From Eledone cirrhosa (taxonomy: Eukaryota): DNA of 64,000 nt. The stretch lies in the NCBI GenBank assembly GCA_964016885.1, contig OZ024741.1, positions 411,680,001 to 411,744,000 on the forward strand, in the 5' to 3' direction. This document shows positions 49,804-63,261 of this stretch, piece by piece. The notes below the pieces were generated by a model. That model ran no database searches. It had not been told where the DNA came from and was given only the letters and a program-made list of their open reading frames with translations. The position numbers and the translations under genes are program-made. Each line of letters opens with the position of its first letter. The first letter of the stretch is position 1.

Positions 49804-52520
49804 TAGAATCCAGTGTCATAGGTGGTGGAGACGGTACACTCTGGTCTTCAATAGTGAAAATGCCTGCATTCAGCAATGAGCTCTGCGATTTCCTTGGGGT
49901 CGTCAGTAACCTGGCTTGTGTGGGGATTGTGAAGAGGACCAACTGGAAAGAGAGGCCTATGCTTTGAGTGAACATACTTCCAGAAAACCTTACTGCCAGG
50001 GCTGGTTGCTATGCGCTGCTCAAATTGAAGCACTGTCTTTTTTGTCACCTGTTTGAGATGGTTGGATGATTTATTTCGCCTCTTCCTATTGATATCTGAT
50101 TTATGCAGTTTGTACTCACATTCAGCATTACAACGTTCTTTTCTGGCAAGACGGACTGCTGCAGTCTCCCAAATTGCAATTTTGGGATGTTTTTCTGCTT
50201 ATGTGGCACCGATGCTGCACATGCTGTCCATATTGAGCTCAGGATGCTCTGGAGTACAGCGTTGACATCTCCAGAGTCGTAGTACTCAAGCCAGTTTGGA
50301 CGTTGCAACTCGGTGCAGTAACAGTTCCAGTCTGCTTTATTCCAGTCAAAGTGAGCAGTTTGGAGATGGTTGTGGTTTTTGTTACTGCCCATGAGGGATA
50401 GATTGGCAATGATCATAGCATGATCAGAGTCACCTAAAGGTTTATCATGATCATCATCATCATCATTGTTTAACGTCCATCTTCCACGCTTGCATGGGTT
50501 TGGACGTGAGGTTTCCCACTTGAGGCAAGATTGGTTGTCTTGCTTGTATAGGACTGTCTGGCGGGTTTTCTACGGCTGGATGCCCTTCCTAACACCAACC
50601 ACGTTTACAGTGTGGACTGGGAGGTTTTTACCGTGTTACCTACACGGCCACATTACAGCGTGGACTGTGTGTTTTTTTGTCGTGACACCTACACGACCTC
50701 ATTTGTTTCGGACTGGATGTTGTGGTACCAACATAACTTCACATTTAAGGGGGTGGTGTGGATGGGGTGGGGGTAGAGGGACGGGAGGGGGGTGTATTTT
50801 GTTAGAGGTGCCTACTGACTGTAGGTTTCGCTTTGTGCTTAGGCAAGGCGGGTCTTCTATATGACTGTGCAGCGCCAAAGATCTCGATCCAGTGACATTG
50901 TTCCTCAGTAGTAACACTAATAACCATTTCAGGAGTAGTGGTGAAGAGTGTCGTCACCTCTTGTTGGGGAAGTGACTACTTGGGACCAATTCGAGTCCAG
51001 CACTAGCTCAAGGAAGTCATTTGCACTTGGCGGCCAACGAAAGGTTTCCCAGTCAATCTCAGACTGATTGAAGTCCCCTGCAATGAAAACATAAGTGGCT
51101 GTTTTCCTGGCAGCAACTCTGATGATATCACAAAGTTGAGTGTCCTGATGGTAATTTGGGGGACGGTAAACGACTCCAAGTAGCAGTGTTGACATGGTCA
51201 TACGTATATAGCAGAAAAATACTTCCTGCTGCGATTGGTTCAAATCAACACAAGGAATTGCTGACAAATTTGACTGAACGTAGACCATTACACCACCACC
51301 ACCACGATGAATGCGGTCTTTACGAAACAAGTTGTAGCCAGTTATGCTGAAAACCCCATCACAGAGTAAGGGATGTGCCCAAGTTTCCGTGACTGTAATG
51401 AAGTCAGGGTTGATACTTTTGACGTAGGAGTCAAAAAGATGAATCTTATTGCATCGTGCATTCAAGGACAACAATTTGTACCTTGATTCCAGTCTATGAT
51501 TATGTGCAGGGGATGGCAAGTTGTTCATTTAGTTTCCTAGAGTTTTTTCAGTTTTTTTATTGTCAGTTGTTGGTTCAGTGTTTTCAGACCAGCTGGTATC
51601 TCTTTTCCATGTTTCACCAGCCTTAACAAACTTCCATATCTACATAGGCTGAAGCTTTCATGTTCTGATGAGCTGCGGTTTAAGAAAGCTGCAGCATGCA
51701 GCTTTGGGCGGACATCAGGTGGAAGACCAGGGCGTGTTCGGAAAGCAATCCAACTTTCATGCCTAGCTGTATCAGAGGCTACAAGATATGAACGTGCCTC
51801 AGTTGAGTTCGAAAACAACAGTCTAATTAGCCTGGGTTTCGGGCCAGGTCGGCCAAGACGTAGAGCACCCTTCGCGGGAGCACAGCCCAAGTCTTTGGAT
51901 GAACTGGCAGCAAATGCCTGAAGATCAACTATGTCTTCTGGTACAATAATGGCAATCACTTCGTGGTTTGCAGATTCAGTGGCATTCTCAATGCATCTAG
52001 GTTCGGCAAGAAGTACACGGAGATTTTTTAACAAGGTACTCCGGTAAGATCCCTCATTGTGAGGTTCTACACGAACGCTTGATTTTATTCCCGCTATTTC
52101 TCGGCTTAAAGCGGAAATCATTTGCCGTATTTCCTCAAACTCCATATCGACAGTCGATTTTTGTTGTTGTTCTTCTCCTTCAACAAGCATGGTAGGAGAA
52201 GACACAGTCGTCGGTTGTTGTTGTTGAAAAGTAACGGAGGAGGAAGAAATGGGTTGCTGTTGTTGATGAAGTGCTTCAACGGGGATATTAGCAGAAGCTA
52301 CGGTCATTGGTATTTTGGTTTTTGCTGTTGTTCAGGAACAATGGTAGAGGAAGACACAATCTTTGGTTTTTGTTGTTGTTCAGCAGCAATGGTAGAGGCA
52401 GACATACAGGCCAGGCACTGAAAGGACCAATTTGTTAGCTGGACCATTTCCCAGAGCCCATCCAGATGTAATTTAGTCATACTGAGGCCCCAATGGTATA
52501 TACTAGACAACCGAGGCCCC
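49804..52520 (-). mobile_element. Second copy of the same CR1 family, 5' half (ORF1 and APE), opposite orientation
   Basis: ORF1-like 51537..52307 with a coiled-coil segment and RLGRPGPKPRLIRL. APE ORFs 50929..51528 and 50045..50416 are nearly identical to those of the plus copy. Confidence 0.88.
50443..50899 (-). mobile_element. RTE 3' end with (ATG)n tail inserted in the minus-strand CR1
   Basis: MSLDRDLWRCTVI resembles MTHDRDLWRHAVI at about 26620. CR1 sequence resumes contiguously on both sides. Confidence 0.75.
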
Positions 52521-52580
52521 AGTGGTAATCAATGGTAATATTCAAATCAATACAACAGAGATGAAAGAAAGTATATTTAC

Positions 52581-52648
52581 TCTGTCTTTGAGCCATTTTC
52601 TGGGCATCTTTGGAATATCGAACAAAATTATCTCCAGCATATTTCATT
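52581..52648 (-). CDS. SLU7: SLU7 exon
   Basis: 68 bp, phase 2/1. Encodes MKYAGDNFVRYSKDAQKMAQRQ, containing the YAGDNFVR motif. Confidence 0.94.
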
Positions 52649-52729
52649 CTGTGGGAAGAAGAGGGTTAACAGCAATGAAGGACTAGCTACATGTACAATG
52701 AAATAGCAATGAAAGAAAGAAAATAATGT

Positions 52730-52924
52730 ACTACTACTACTACTACTGCTACCACCACTGCTACTACTACCACTGCTGCTGCTGCTGCTACTACTACCAC
52801 CACCACTACCACTACTACAACTACCACTGCTACTACCAGTACCATAACTTCTATTACCACTACTACTACCACCACCACCACCACTACCTGTACTGCTACA
52901 ACAACAACAACAACAACAACAACA
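52730..52924. repeat. Compound trinucleotide tract (TAC/CAC/TGC/CAA)
   Basis: Directly visible. Confidence 0.9.
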
Positions 52925-53605
52925 TTTTATGCCCATTGTTTCCTGCTGAAGCAAGGGTTTGCCTTGTGGTCCCCATGACAACCTTCATAAACATCATTGA
53001 GACCTTTTTGAGGCAATGTTTTACAACCAGATGCCCTTCCCGGCACTGACTCTTTGAGATGCCACAACAAGCAAGGATATGGAGTCATCATCATCATTTT
53101 ATATGTTTTTTATATGCTAGCATGGGTTGGACAAGTCAGTACTTACTCAGATTACTGTCCTGAAAGATGAGTTGAGGGTAATGTCCTGTATACAACCGTT
53201 TCAATTTTGGCATAGTTTCTATAGCTAGATGCCCTTCCTAATGTCAACCACTTTACAGAGTGTACTGGGTGTATTTTACTGTGGCACCAGCACTGGGGAG
53301 ACTGTCCTAGTCTTGACACAACTGATGAGTCCTCTCAACCCTTTGTGACATGGTTTCTATGACTGTGTACCTTTCCTATCACTAACCACTTTACAGAGTC
53401 TACTCGGTGTATTTTATCATGGCTCCAATACCAGAGAGGTTGTCATGTCCTTAACAATGCAGTAAGTATCGTGTACCTATTCTAAACATACCACAATCTT
53501 TAAATACTCTATTACATGTTCCAGTCGACAGGCTGAGGTCACCTCGTATAAATAACAACAACAATGTTAATAACATAAACAAAAGAAAATAAGAAAAATA
53601 CGTAC

Positions 53606-53703
53606 TCTGATTCTTCTTTTCCAGAATTCTTAAAAGGATTCTCTCTCATAGCCCTAGTTTTAGGGTCATAGAAACTAGAATTGGGATCAAGGTTATATAA
53701 ATA
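53606..53703 (-). CDS. SLU7: SLU7 exon
   Basis: 98 bp, phase 0/2. Encodes [32 protein letters not shown]. Confidence 0.96.
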
Positions 53704-53924
53704 CTGAAAAAAAGAAGGACAGTGTATAAGGTTAAGGGTTTTATTTTAATTTGAATATTTTATCAACCAAAATACAGCTTGGTAGAACTTAAGAACCAAC
53801 ATGTAGAAAGTGAGGGTTTCTTTCATCAACCATTGTGGTCAATCAAAGAAGAATGGCCAGTTCAGGACGAGGATGTTAATATATGTTGGCTAGCAAATAG
53901 TGACCAGTTGAAGACGAGAGAGTT

Positions 53925-55832
53925 AACAGATCTGTCCACCAGGGAAGAGTGACCAGCTGAGGATAGATCTGTCTAACAGGGAAGAGTGACCAGCTGAGGA
54001 CAGATCTGTCCACCAGGGAAGAGTGACCAGCTGAGGACAGATCTGTCTAACAGAGAAGAGTGACCAGCTGAGGACAGATCTGTCTAACAGGGAAGAGTGA
54101 CCAGCTGAGGACAGATCTGTCCTCCAGGGAAGAGTGACCAGCTGAGGACAGATCTGTCTAACAGAGAAGAGTGACCAGCTGAGGACAGATCTGTCTAACA
54201 GGGAAGAGTGACCAGCTGAGGACAGATCTGTCCACCAGGGAAGAGTGACCAGCTGAGGACAGATCTGTCTAACAGAGAAGAGTGACCAGCTGAGGACAGA
54301 TCTGTCTAACAGGGAAGAGTGACCAGCTGAGGACAGATCTGTCCTCCAGGGAAGAGTGACCAGCTGAGGACAGATCTGTCTAACAGAGAAGAGTGACTAG
54401 CTGAGGACAGATCTGTCCTCCAGGGAAGAGTGACCAGCTGAGGACAGATCTGTCCTCCAGGGAAGAGTGACCAGCTGAGGATAGATCTGTCCACCAGGGA
54501 AGAGTGACCAGCTGAGGATAGATCTGTCTAACAGGGAAGAGTGACCAGCTGAGGACAGATCTGTCCTCCAGGGAAGAGTGACCAGCTGAGGACAGATCTG
54601 TCCACCAGGGAAGAGTGACCAGCTGAGGATAGATCTGTCTATCGGGAAGAGTTACCAGCTGAGGACAGATCTGTCCACCAGGGAAGAGTGACCAGCTGAG
54701 GACAGATATCTCCACCAGGGAAGAGTGACTAGCTGAGGACAGATCTGTCTAACAAGGAAGAGTGACCAGCTGAGGACAGATCTGTCCACCAGGGAAGAGT
54801 GACCAGCTGAGGATAGATCTGTCCACCAGGGAAGAGTGACCAGCTGAGGACAGATCTGTCCACCAGGGAAGAGTGACCAACTGAGGATAGATCTGTCCAC
54901 CAGGGAAGAGTGACCAGCTGAGGATAGATCTGTCTAACAGGGAAGAGTGACCAGCTGAGGAAAGATCTGCCTCCAGGGAAGAGTGACCAGCTGAGGATAG
55001 ATCTGTCTAACAGGGAAGAGTGACCAGCTGAGGATAGATCTGTCCACCAGGGAAGAGTGACCAGCTGAGGACACATTTGTCTAACAGGGAAGAGTGACCA
55101 GCTGAGGACAGATCTGTCTAACAGGGAAAAGTAACCAGCTGAGGAAAGATCTGCCTCCAGGGAAGAGTGACCAGCTGAGGACAGATCTGTCTAACAGGGA
55201 TGAGTGACCAGCTGAGGACACATCTGTCCACCAGGGAAGAGTGACCAACTGAGGACAGATCTGTCCACCAGGGAAGAGTGACCAGCTGAGGATAGATCTG
55301 TCTAACAGGGAAGAGTGACCAGCTGAGGACAGATCTGTCCACCAGGGAAGAGTGACCAGCTGAGGATAGATCTGTCCTCCAGGGAAAAGTGACCAGCTGA
55401 GGACACATCTGTCTAACAGGGAAGAGTGACCAGCTGAGGATAGATCTGTCCTCCAGGGAAGAGTGACCAGCTGAGGACAGATCTGTCCACCAGGGAAGAG
55501 TGACCAGCTGAGGACAGATCTGTCCACCAGGGAAGAGTGACCAGCTGAGGACAGATCTGTCCTCCAGGGAAGAGTGACCAGCTGAGGATAGATCTGTCTA
55601 ACAGGGAAGAGTGACCAGCTGAGGACAGATCTGTCCTCCAGGGAAGAGTGACTAGTTGAGGACAGATCTGTCCTCCAGGGAAGAGTGACCAGCTGAGGAT
55701 AGATCTGTCTAACAAGGAAGAGTGACCAGCTGAGGATAGATCTGTCCACCAGGGAAGAGTGACCAGCTGAGGACAGATCTGTCTAACAGGGAAGAGTGAC
55801 CAGCTGAGGACAGATCTGTCTAACAGGGAAGA
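53925..55832. repeat. 37-bp minisatellite, about 51 copies
   Basis: Unit AGGGAAGAGTGACCAGCTGAGGACAGATCTGTC(CACC/TAAC/CTCC). Confidence 0.96.
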
Positions 55833-55887
55833 AGGAGAAATTGAACAAATCTAGGAGTTAATAAATAAAAAAAGAGAATAGAATTAC

Positions 55888-56007
55888 TTTTGCTGTGTCT
55901 TCTCTAATACGTAAGTTCCTGACTGTGATTCTCTGTTTCGTCTCAAACTTCTGACCTGGCATGTCCAAATCATCAGCATATTTATCTTCATCATCACTGT
56001 CCCGAGT
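55888..56007 (-). CDS. SLU7: SLU7 exon (most 5' exon identified in the window)
   Basis: 120 bp. Encodes [40 protein letters not shown]; TTCAG acceptor and GTAAT donor. Confidence 0.95.
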
Positions 56008-59000
56008 CTGAAGTAATAAAACAACACATCATCATCACTGTCCCGAGTCTGAAGTAATAAAACAACACATCATCAACACTGTCTCAAGTCTGAAGTACTA
56101 AAACAACACATCATCAACACTGTCTCAAGTCTGAAGTACTAAAACAACACATCATCAACACTGTCTCAAGTCTGAAGTACTAAAACAACACATCATCAAC
56201 ACTGTCTCAAGTCTGAAGTACTAAAACAACACATCATCAACACTGTCTCAAGTCTGAAGTACTAAAACAACACATCATCAACACTGTCTCAAGTCAGAAG
56301 TACTAAAACAACACATCATCAACACTGTCTCAAGTCTGAAGTACTAAAACAACACATCATCAACACTGTCTCAAGTCTGAAGTACTAAAACAACACATCA
56401 TCAACACTGTCTCAAGTCTGAAGTACTAAAACAACACATCATCAACACTGTCTCAAGTCTGAAGTACTAAAACAACACATCAACAACACTGTCTCAAGTC
56501 TCAGATACTAAAACAACACATCATCAACACTGTCTCAAGTCTGAAGTACTAAAACAACATATCATCAACACTGTCTCAAGTCTGAAGTACTAAAACAACA
56601 CATCATCAACACTGTCTCAAGTCTGAAGTACTAAAACAACACATCATCAACACTGTCTCAAGTCTCAGATACTAAAACAACACATCATCAACACTGTCTC
56701 AAGTCTCAGATACTAAAACAACACATCATCAACACTGTCTCAAGTCTGAAGTACTAAAACAACACATCATCAACACTGTCTCAAGTCTGAAGTACTAAAA
56801 CAACACATCATCAACACTGTCTCAAGTCTGAAGTACTAAAACAACACATCAACAACACTGTCTCAAGTCTCAGATACTAAAACAACACATCATCAACACT
56901 GTCTCAAGTCTGAAGTACTAAAACAACACATCAACAACACTGTCTCAAGTCTCAGATACTAAAACAACACATCATCAACACTGTCTCAAGTCTCAGATAC
57001 TAAAACAACACATCATCAACACTGTCTCAAGTCTGAAGTACTAAAACAACACATCAACAACACTGTCTCAAGTCTCAGATACTAAAACAACACATCATCA
57101 ACACTGTCTCAAGTCTGAAGTACTAAAACAACACATCAACAACACTGTCTCAAGTCTCAGATACTAAAACAACACATCATCAACACTGTCTCAAGTCTCA
57201 GATACTAAAACAACACATCATCAACACTGTCTCAAGTCTCAGATACTAAAACAACACATCATCAACACTGTCTCAAGTCTGAAGTACTAAAACAACACAT
57301 CATCAACACTGTCTCAAGTCTGAAGTACTAAAACAACACATCATCAACACTGTCTCAAGTCTGAAGTACTAAAACAACACATCAACAACACTGTCTCAAG
57401 TCTCAGATACTAAAACAACACATCATCAACACTGTCTCAAGTCTGAAGTACTAAAACAACACATCATCAACACTGTCTCAAGTCTCAGATACTAAAACAA
57501 CACATCATCAACACTGTCTCAAGTCTCAGATACTAAAACAACACATCATCAACACTGTCTCAAGTCTGAAGTACTAAAACAACACATCATCAACACTGTC
57601 TCAAGTCTGAAGTACTAAAACAACACATCATCAACACTGTCTCAAGTCTGAAGTACTAAAACAACACATCAACAACACTGTCTCAAGTCTCAGATACTAA
57701 AACAACACATCATCAACACTGTCTCAAGTCTGAAGTACTAAAACAACACATCATCAACACTGTCTCAAGTCTCAGATACTAAAACAACACATCATCAACA
57801 CTGTCTCAAGTCTCAGATACTAAAACAACACATCATCAACACTGTCTCAAGTCTGAAGTACTAAAACAACACATCATCAACACTGTCTCAAGTCTCAGAT
57901 ACTAAAACAACACATCATCAACACTGTCTCAAGTCTGAAGTACTAAAACAACACATCATCAACACTGTCTCAAGTCTGAAGTACTAAAACAACACATCAT
58001 CAACACTGTCTCAAGTCTGAAGTACTAAAACAACACATCATCAACACTGTCTCAAGTCTGAAGTACTAAAACAACACATCATCAACACTGTCTCAAGTCT
58101 GAAGTACTAAAACAACACATCATCAACACTGTCTCAAGTCTGAAGTACTAAAACAACACATCATCAACACTGTCTCAAGTCTGAAGTACTAAAACAACAC
58201 ATCATCAACACTGTCTCAAGTCTGAAGTACTAAAACAACACATCAGCAACACTGTCTCAAGTCTCAGATACTAAAACAACACATCATCAATACTGTCTCA
58301 AGTCTGAAGTACTAAAACAACACATCATCAACACTGTCTCAAGTCTGAAGTACTAAAACAACACATCATCAACACTGTCTCAAGTCTGAAGTACTAAAAC
58401 AACACATCATCAACACTGTCTCAAGTCTGAAGTACTAAAACAACACATCATCAACACTGTCTCAAGTCTGAAGTACTAAAACAACACATCATCAACACTG
58501 TCTCAAGTCTGAAGTACTAAAACAACACATCATCAACACTGTCTCAAGTCTGAAGTACTAAAACAACACATCATCAACACTGTCTCAAGTCTGAAGTACT
58601 AAAACAACACATCATCAACACTGTCTCAAGTCTGAAGTACTAAAACAACACATCATCAACACTGTCTCAAGTCTGAAGTACTAAAACAACACATCATCAA
58701 CACTGTCTCAAGTCTCAGATACTAAAACAACACATCATCAACACTGTCTCAAGTCTGAAGTACTAAAACAACGCATCATCAACAATGTCTCAAGTCTGAA
58801 GTACTAAAACAACACATCATCAACACTGTCTCAAGTCTGAAGTACTAAAACAACACATCATCAACACTGTCTCGAGTCTGAAGTACTAAAACAACACATC
58901 ATCAACACTGTCTCAAGTCTGAAGTACTAAAACAACACATCATCAACACTGTCTCGAGTCTGAAGTACTAAAACAACACATCATCAACACTGTCTCAAGT

Positions 59001-62000
59001 CTCAGATACTAAAACAACACATCATCAACACTGTCTCAAGTCTGAAGTACTAAAACAACGCATCATCAACACTGTCTCAAGTCTGAAGTACTAAAACAAC
59101 ACATCATCAACACTGTCTCAAGTCTGAAGTACTAAAACAACACATCATCAACACTGTCTCAAGTCTGAAGTACTAAAACAACACATCATCAACACTGTCT
59201 CAAGTCTGAAGTACTAAAACAACACATCATCAACACTGTCTCGAGTCTGAAGTACTAAAACAACACATCATCAACACTGTCTCAAGTCTGAAGTACTAAA
59301 ACAACACATCATCAACACTGTCTCAAGTCTGAAGTACTAAAACAACACATCATCAACACTGTCTCAAGTCTGAAGTACTAAAACAACACATCATCAACAC
59401 TGTCTCAAGTCTGAAGTACTAAAACAACACATCATCAACACTGTCTCAAGTCTGAAGTACTAAAACAACACATCATCAACACTGTCTCAAGTCTCAGATA
59501 CTAAAACAACACATCATCAACACTGTCTCAAGTCTGAAGTACTAAAACAACACATCATCAACACTGTCTCAAGTCTGAAGTACTAAAACAACACATCATC
59601 AACACTGTCTCAAGTCTGAAGTACTAAAACAACACATCATCAACACTGTCTCAAGTCTCAGATACTAAAACAACACATCATCAACACTGTCTCAAGTCTG
59701 AAGTACTAAAACAACGCATCATCAACACTGTCTCAAGTCTGAAGTACTAAAACAACACATCATCAACACTGTCTCAAGTCTGAAGTACTAAAACAACACA
59801 TCATCAACACTGTCTCAAGTCTGAAGTACTAAAACAACACATCATCAACACTGTCTCAAGTCTGAAGTACTAAAACAACACATCATCAACACTGTCTCAA
59901 GTCTGAAGTACTAAAACAACACATCATCAACACTGTCTCAAGTCTGAAGTACTAAAACAACACATCATCAACACTGTCTCAAGTCTCAGATACTAAAACA
60001 ACACATCATCAACACTGTCTCAAGTCTGAAGTACTAAAACAACGCATCATCAACACTGTCTCAAGTCTGAAGTACTAAAACAACACATCATCAACACTGT
60101 CTCAAGTCTGAAGTACTAAAACAACACATCATCAACACTGTCTCAAGTCTGAAGTACTAAAACAACACATCATCAACACTGTCTCAAGTCTCAGATACTA
60201 AAACAACACATCATCAACACTGTCTCGAGTCTGAAGTACTAAAACAACACATCATCAACACTGTCTCAAGTCTGAAGTACTAAAACAACACATCATCAAC
60301 ACTGTCTCAAGTCTGAAGTACTAAAACAACACATCATCAACACTGTCTCAAGTTTCAGATACTAAAACAACACATCATCAACACTGTCTCAAGTCTGAAG
60401 TACTAAAACAACACATCATCAACACTGTCTCAAGTCTCAGATACTAAAACAACACATCATCAACACTGTCTCAAGTCTGAAGTACTAAAACAACACATCA
60501 TCAACACTGTCTCAAGTCTGAAGTACTAAAACAACACATCATCAACACTGTCTCAAGTCTGAAGTACTAAAACAACACATCATCAACACTGTCTCAAGTC
60601 TCAGATACTAAAACAACACATCATCAACACTGTCTCAAGTCTGAAGTACTAAAACAACACATCATCAACACTGTCTCAAGTCTCAGATACTAAAACAACA
60701 CATCATCAACACTGTCTCAAGTCTGAAGTACTAAAACAACGCATCATCAACACTGTCTCAAGTCTGAAGTACTAAAACAACACATCATCAACACTGTCTC
60801 AAGTCTGAAGTACTAAAACAACAAATCATCAACACTGTCTCAAGTCTGAAGTACTAAAACAACACATCATCAACACTGTCTCAAGTCTGAAGTACTAAAA
60901 CAACACATCATCAACACTGTCTCAAGTCTGAAGTACTAAAACAACACATCATCAACACTGTCTCGAGTCTGAAGTACTAAAACAACACATCATCAACACT
61001 GTCTCAAGTCTGAAGTACTAAAACAACACATCATCAACACTGTCTCAAGTTTCAGATACTAAAACAACACATCATCAACACTGTCTCAAGTCTGAAGTAC
61101 TAAAACAACACATCATCAACACTGTCTCAAGTCTGAAGTACTAAAACAACACATCATCAACACTGTCTCAAGTCTGAAGTACTAAAACAACACATCATCA
61201 ACACTGTCTCAAGTCTGAAGTACTAAAACAACACATCATCAACACTGTCTCAAGTCTGAAGTACTAAAACAACACATCATCAACACTGTCTCAAGTCAGA
61301 AGTACTAAAACAACACATCATCAACACTGTCTCAAGTCTGAAGTACTAAAACAACACATCATCAACACTGTCTCAAGTCTGAAGTACTAAAACAACACAT
61401 CATCAACACTGTCTCAAGTCTGAAGTACTAAAACAACACATCAGCAACACTGTCTCAAGTCTCAGATACTAAAACAACACATCATCAATACTGTCTCAAG
61501 TCTGAAGTACTAAAACAACATATCATCAACACTGTCTCAAGTCTGAAGTACTAAAACAACACATCATCAACACTGTCTCAAGTCTGAAGTACTAAAACAA
61601 CACATCATCAACACTGTCTCAAGTCTGAAGTACTAAAACAACACATCAGCAACACTGTCTCAAGTCTGAAGTACTAAAACAACACATCATCAACACTGTC
61701 TCAAGTCTCAGATACTAAAACAACACATCATCAACACTGTCTCAAGTCTCAGATACTAAAACAACACATCATCAACACTGTCTCAAGTCTGAAGTACTAA
61801 AACAACACATCATCAACACTGTCTCAAGTCTCAGATACTAAAATAACACATCATCAACACTGTCTCAAGTCTGAAGTACTAAAACAACACATCATCAACA
61901 CTGTCTCAAGTCTCAGATACTAAAACAACACATCATCAACACTGTCTCAAGTCTGAAGTACTAAAACAACACATCATCAACACTGTCTCAAGTCTCAGAT

Positions 62001-63200
62001 ACTAAAACAACACATCAGCAACACTGTCTCAAGTCTCAGATACTAAAACAACACATCATCAACACTGTCTCAAGTCTCAGATACTAAAACAACACATCAT
62101 CAACACTGTCTCAAGTCTGAAGTACTAAAACAACACATCATCAACACTGTCTCAAGTCTGAAGTACTAAAACAACACATCATCAACACTGTCTCAAGTCT
62201 GAAGTACTAAAACAACACATCATCAACACTGTCTCAAGTCTGAAGTACTAAAACAACACATCATCAACACTGTCTCAAGTCTGAAGTACGAAAACAACAC
62301 ATCATCAACACTGTCTCAAGTCTGAAGTACTAAAACAACACATCAGCAACACTGTCTCAAGTCTCAGATACTAAAACAACACATCATCAACACTGTCTCA
62401 AGTCTGAAGTACTAAAACAACACATCATCAACACTGTCTCAAGTCTGAAGTACTAAAACAACACATCATCAACACTGTCTCAAGTCTGAAGTACTAAAAC
62501 AACACATCATCAACACTGTCTCAAGTCTCAGATACTAAAACAACACATCATCAACACTGTCTCAAGTCTGAAGTACTAAAACAACACATCATCAACACTG
62601 TCTCAAGTCTGAAGTACTAAAACAACACATCATCAACACTGTCTCAAGTCTGAAGTACTAAAACAACACATCATCAACACTGTCTCAAGTCTGAAGTACT
62701 AAAACAACACATCATCAACACTGTCTCAAGTCTGAAGTACTAAAACAACACATCATCAACACTGTCTCAAGTCTGAAGTACTAAAACAACACATCATCAA
62801 CACTGTCTCAAGTCTGAAGTACTAAAACAACACATCATCAACACTGTCTCAAGTCTGAAGTACTAAAACAACACATCATCAACACTGTCTCAAGTCTGAA
62901 GTACTAAAACAACACATCATCAACACTGTCTCAAGTCTGAAGTACTAAAACAACACATCATCAACACTGTCTCAAGTCTGAAGTACTAAAACAACACATC
63001 ATCAACACTATCTCAAGTCTGAAGTACTAAAACAACACATCATCAACACTGTCTCAAATCTGAAGTACTAAAACAACACATCATCAACACTGTCTCAAGT
63101 CTGAAGTACTAAAACAACACATCATCAACACTGTCTCAAGTCTGAAGTACTAAAACAACACATCATCAACACTGTCTCAAGTCTCAGGTAATAAAACACA
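55990..63200. repeat. 41-bp minisatellite, about 175 copies, derived from the SLU7 intron/exon junction
   Basis: Unit CATCATCAACACTGTCTCAAGTCTGAAGTACTAAAACAACA. The first unit overlaps the exon start. Confidence 0.97.
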
Positions 63201-63261
63201 ACACAACAAATGGAAAACAATTTTTCTCCTCAGATTATATTGTGTTTCAGACTAAATTCAT

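Noticed and set aside
46811-52520. Single LINE with a twin-priming 5' inversion
   Set aside because: The two parts overlap by about 1.3 kb and differ in sequence, and the minus copy continues on the far side of the plus copy, so these are two separate insertions.
53925-63200. Possible CRISPR-like arrays (37-bp and 41-bp units)
   Set aside because: Units are head-to-tail with no unique spacers, there are no cas genes, and the context is a eukaryotic intron.
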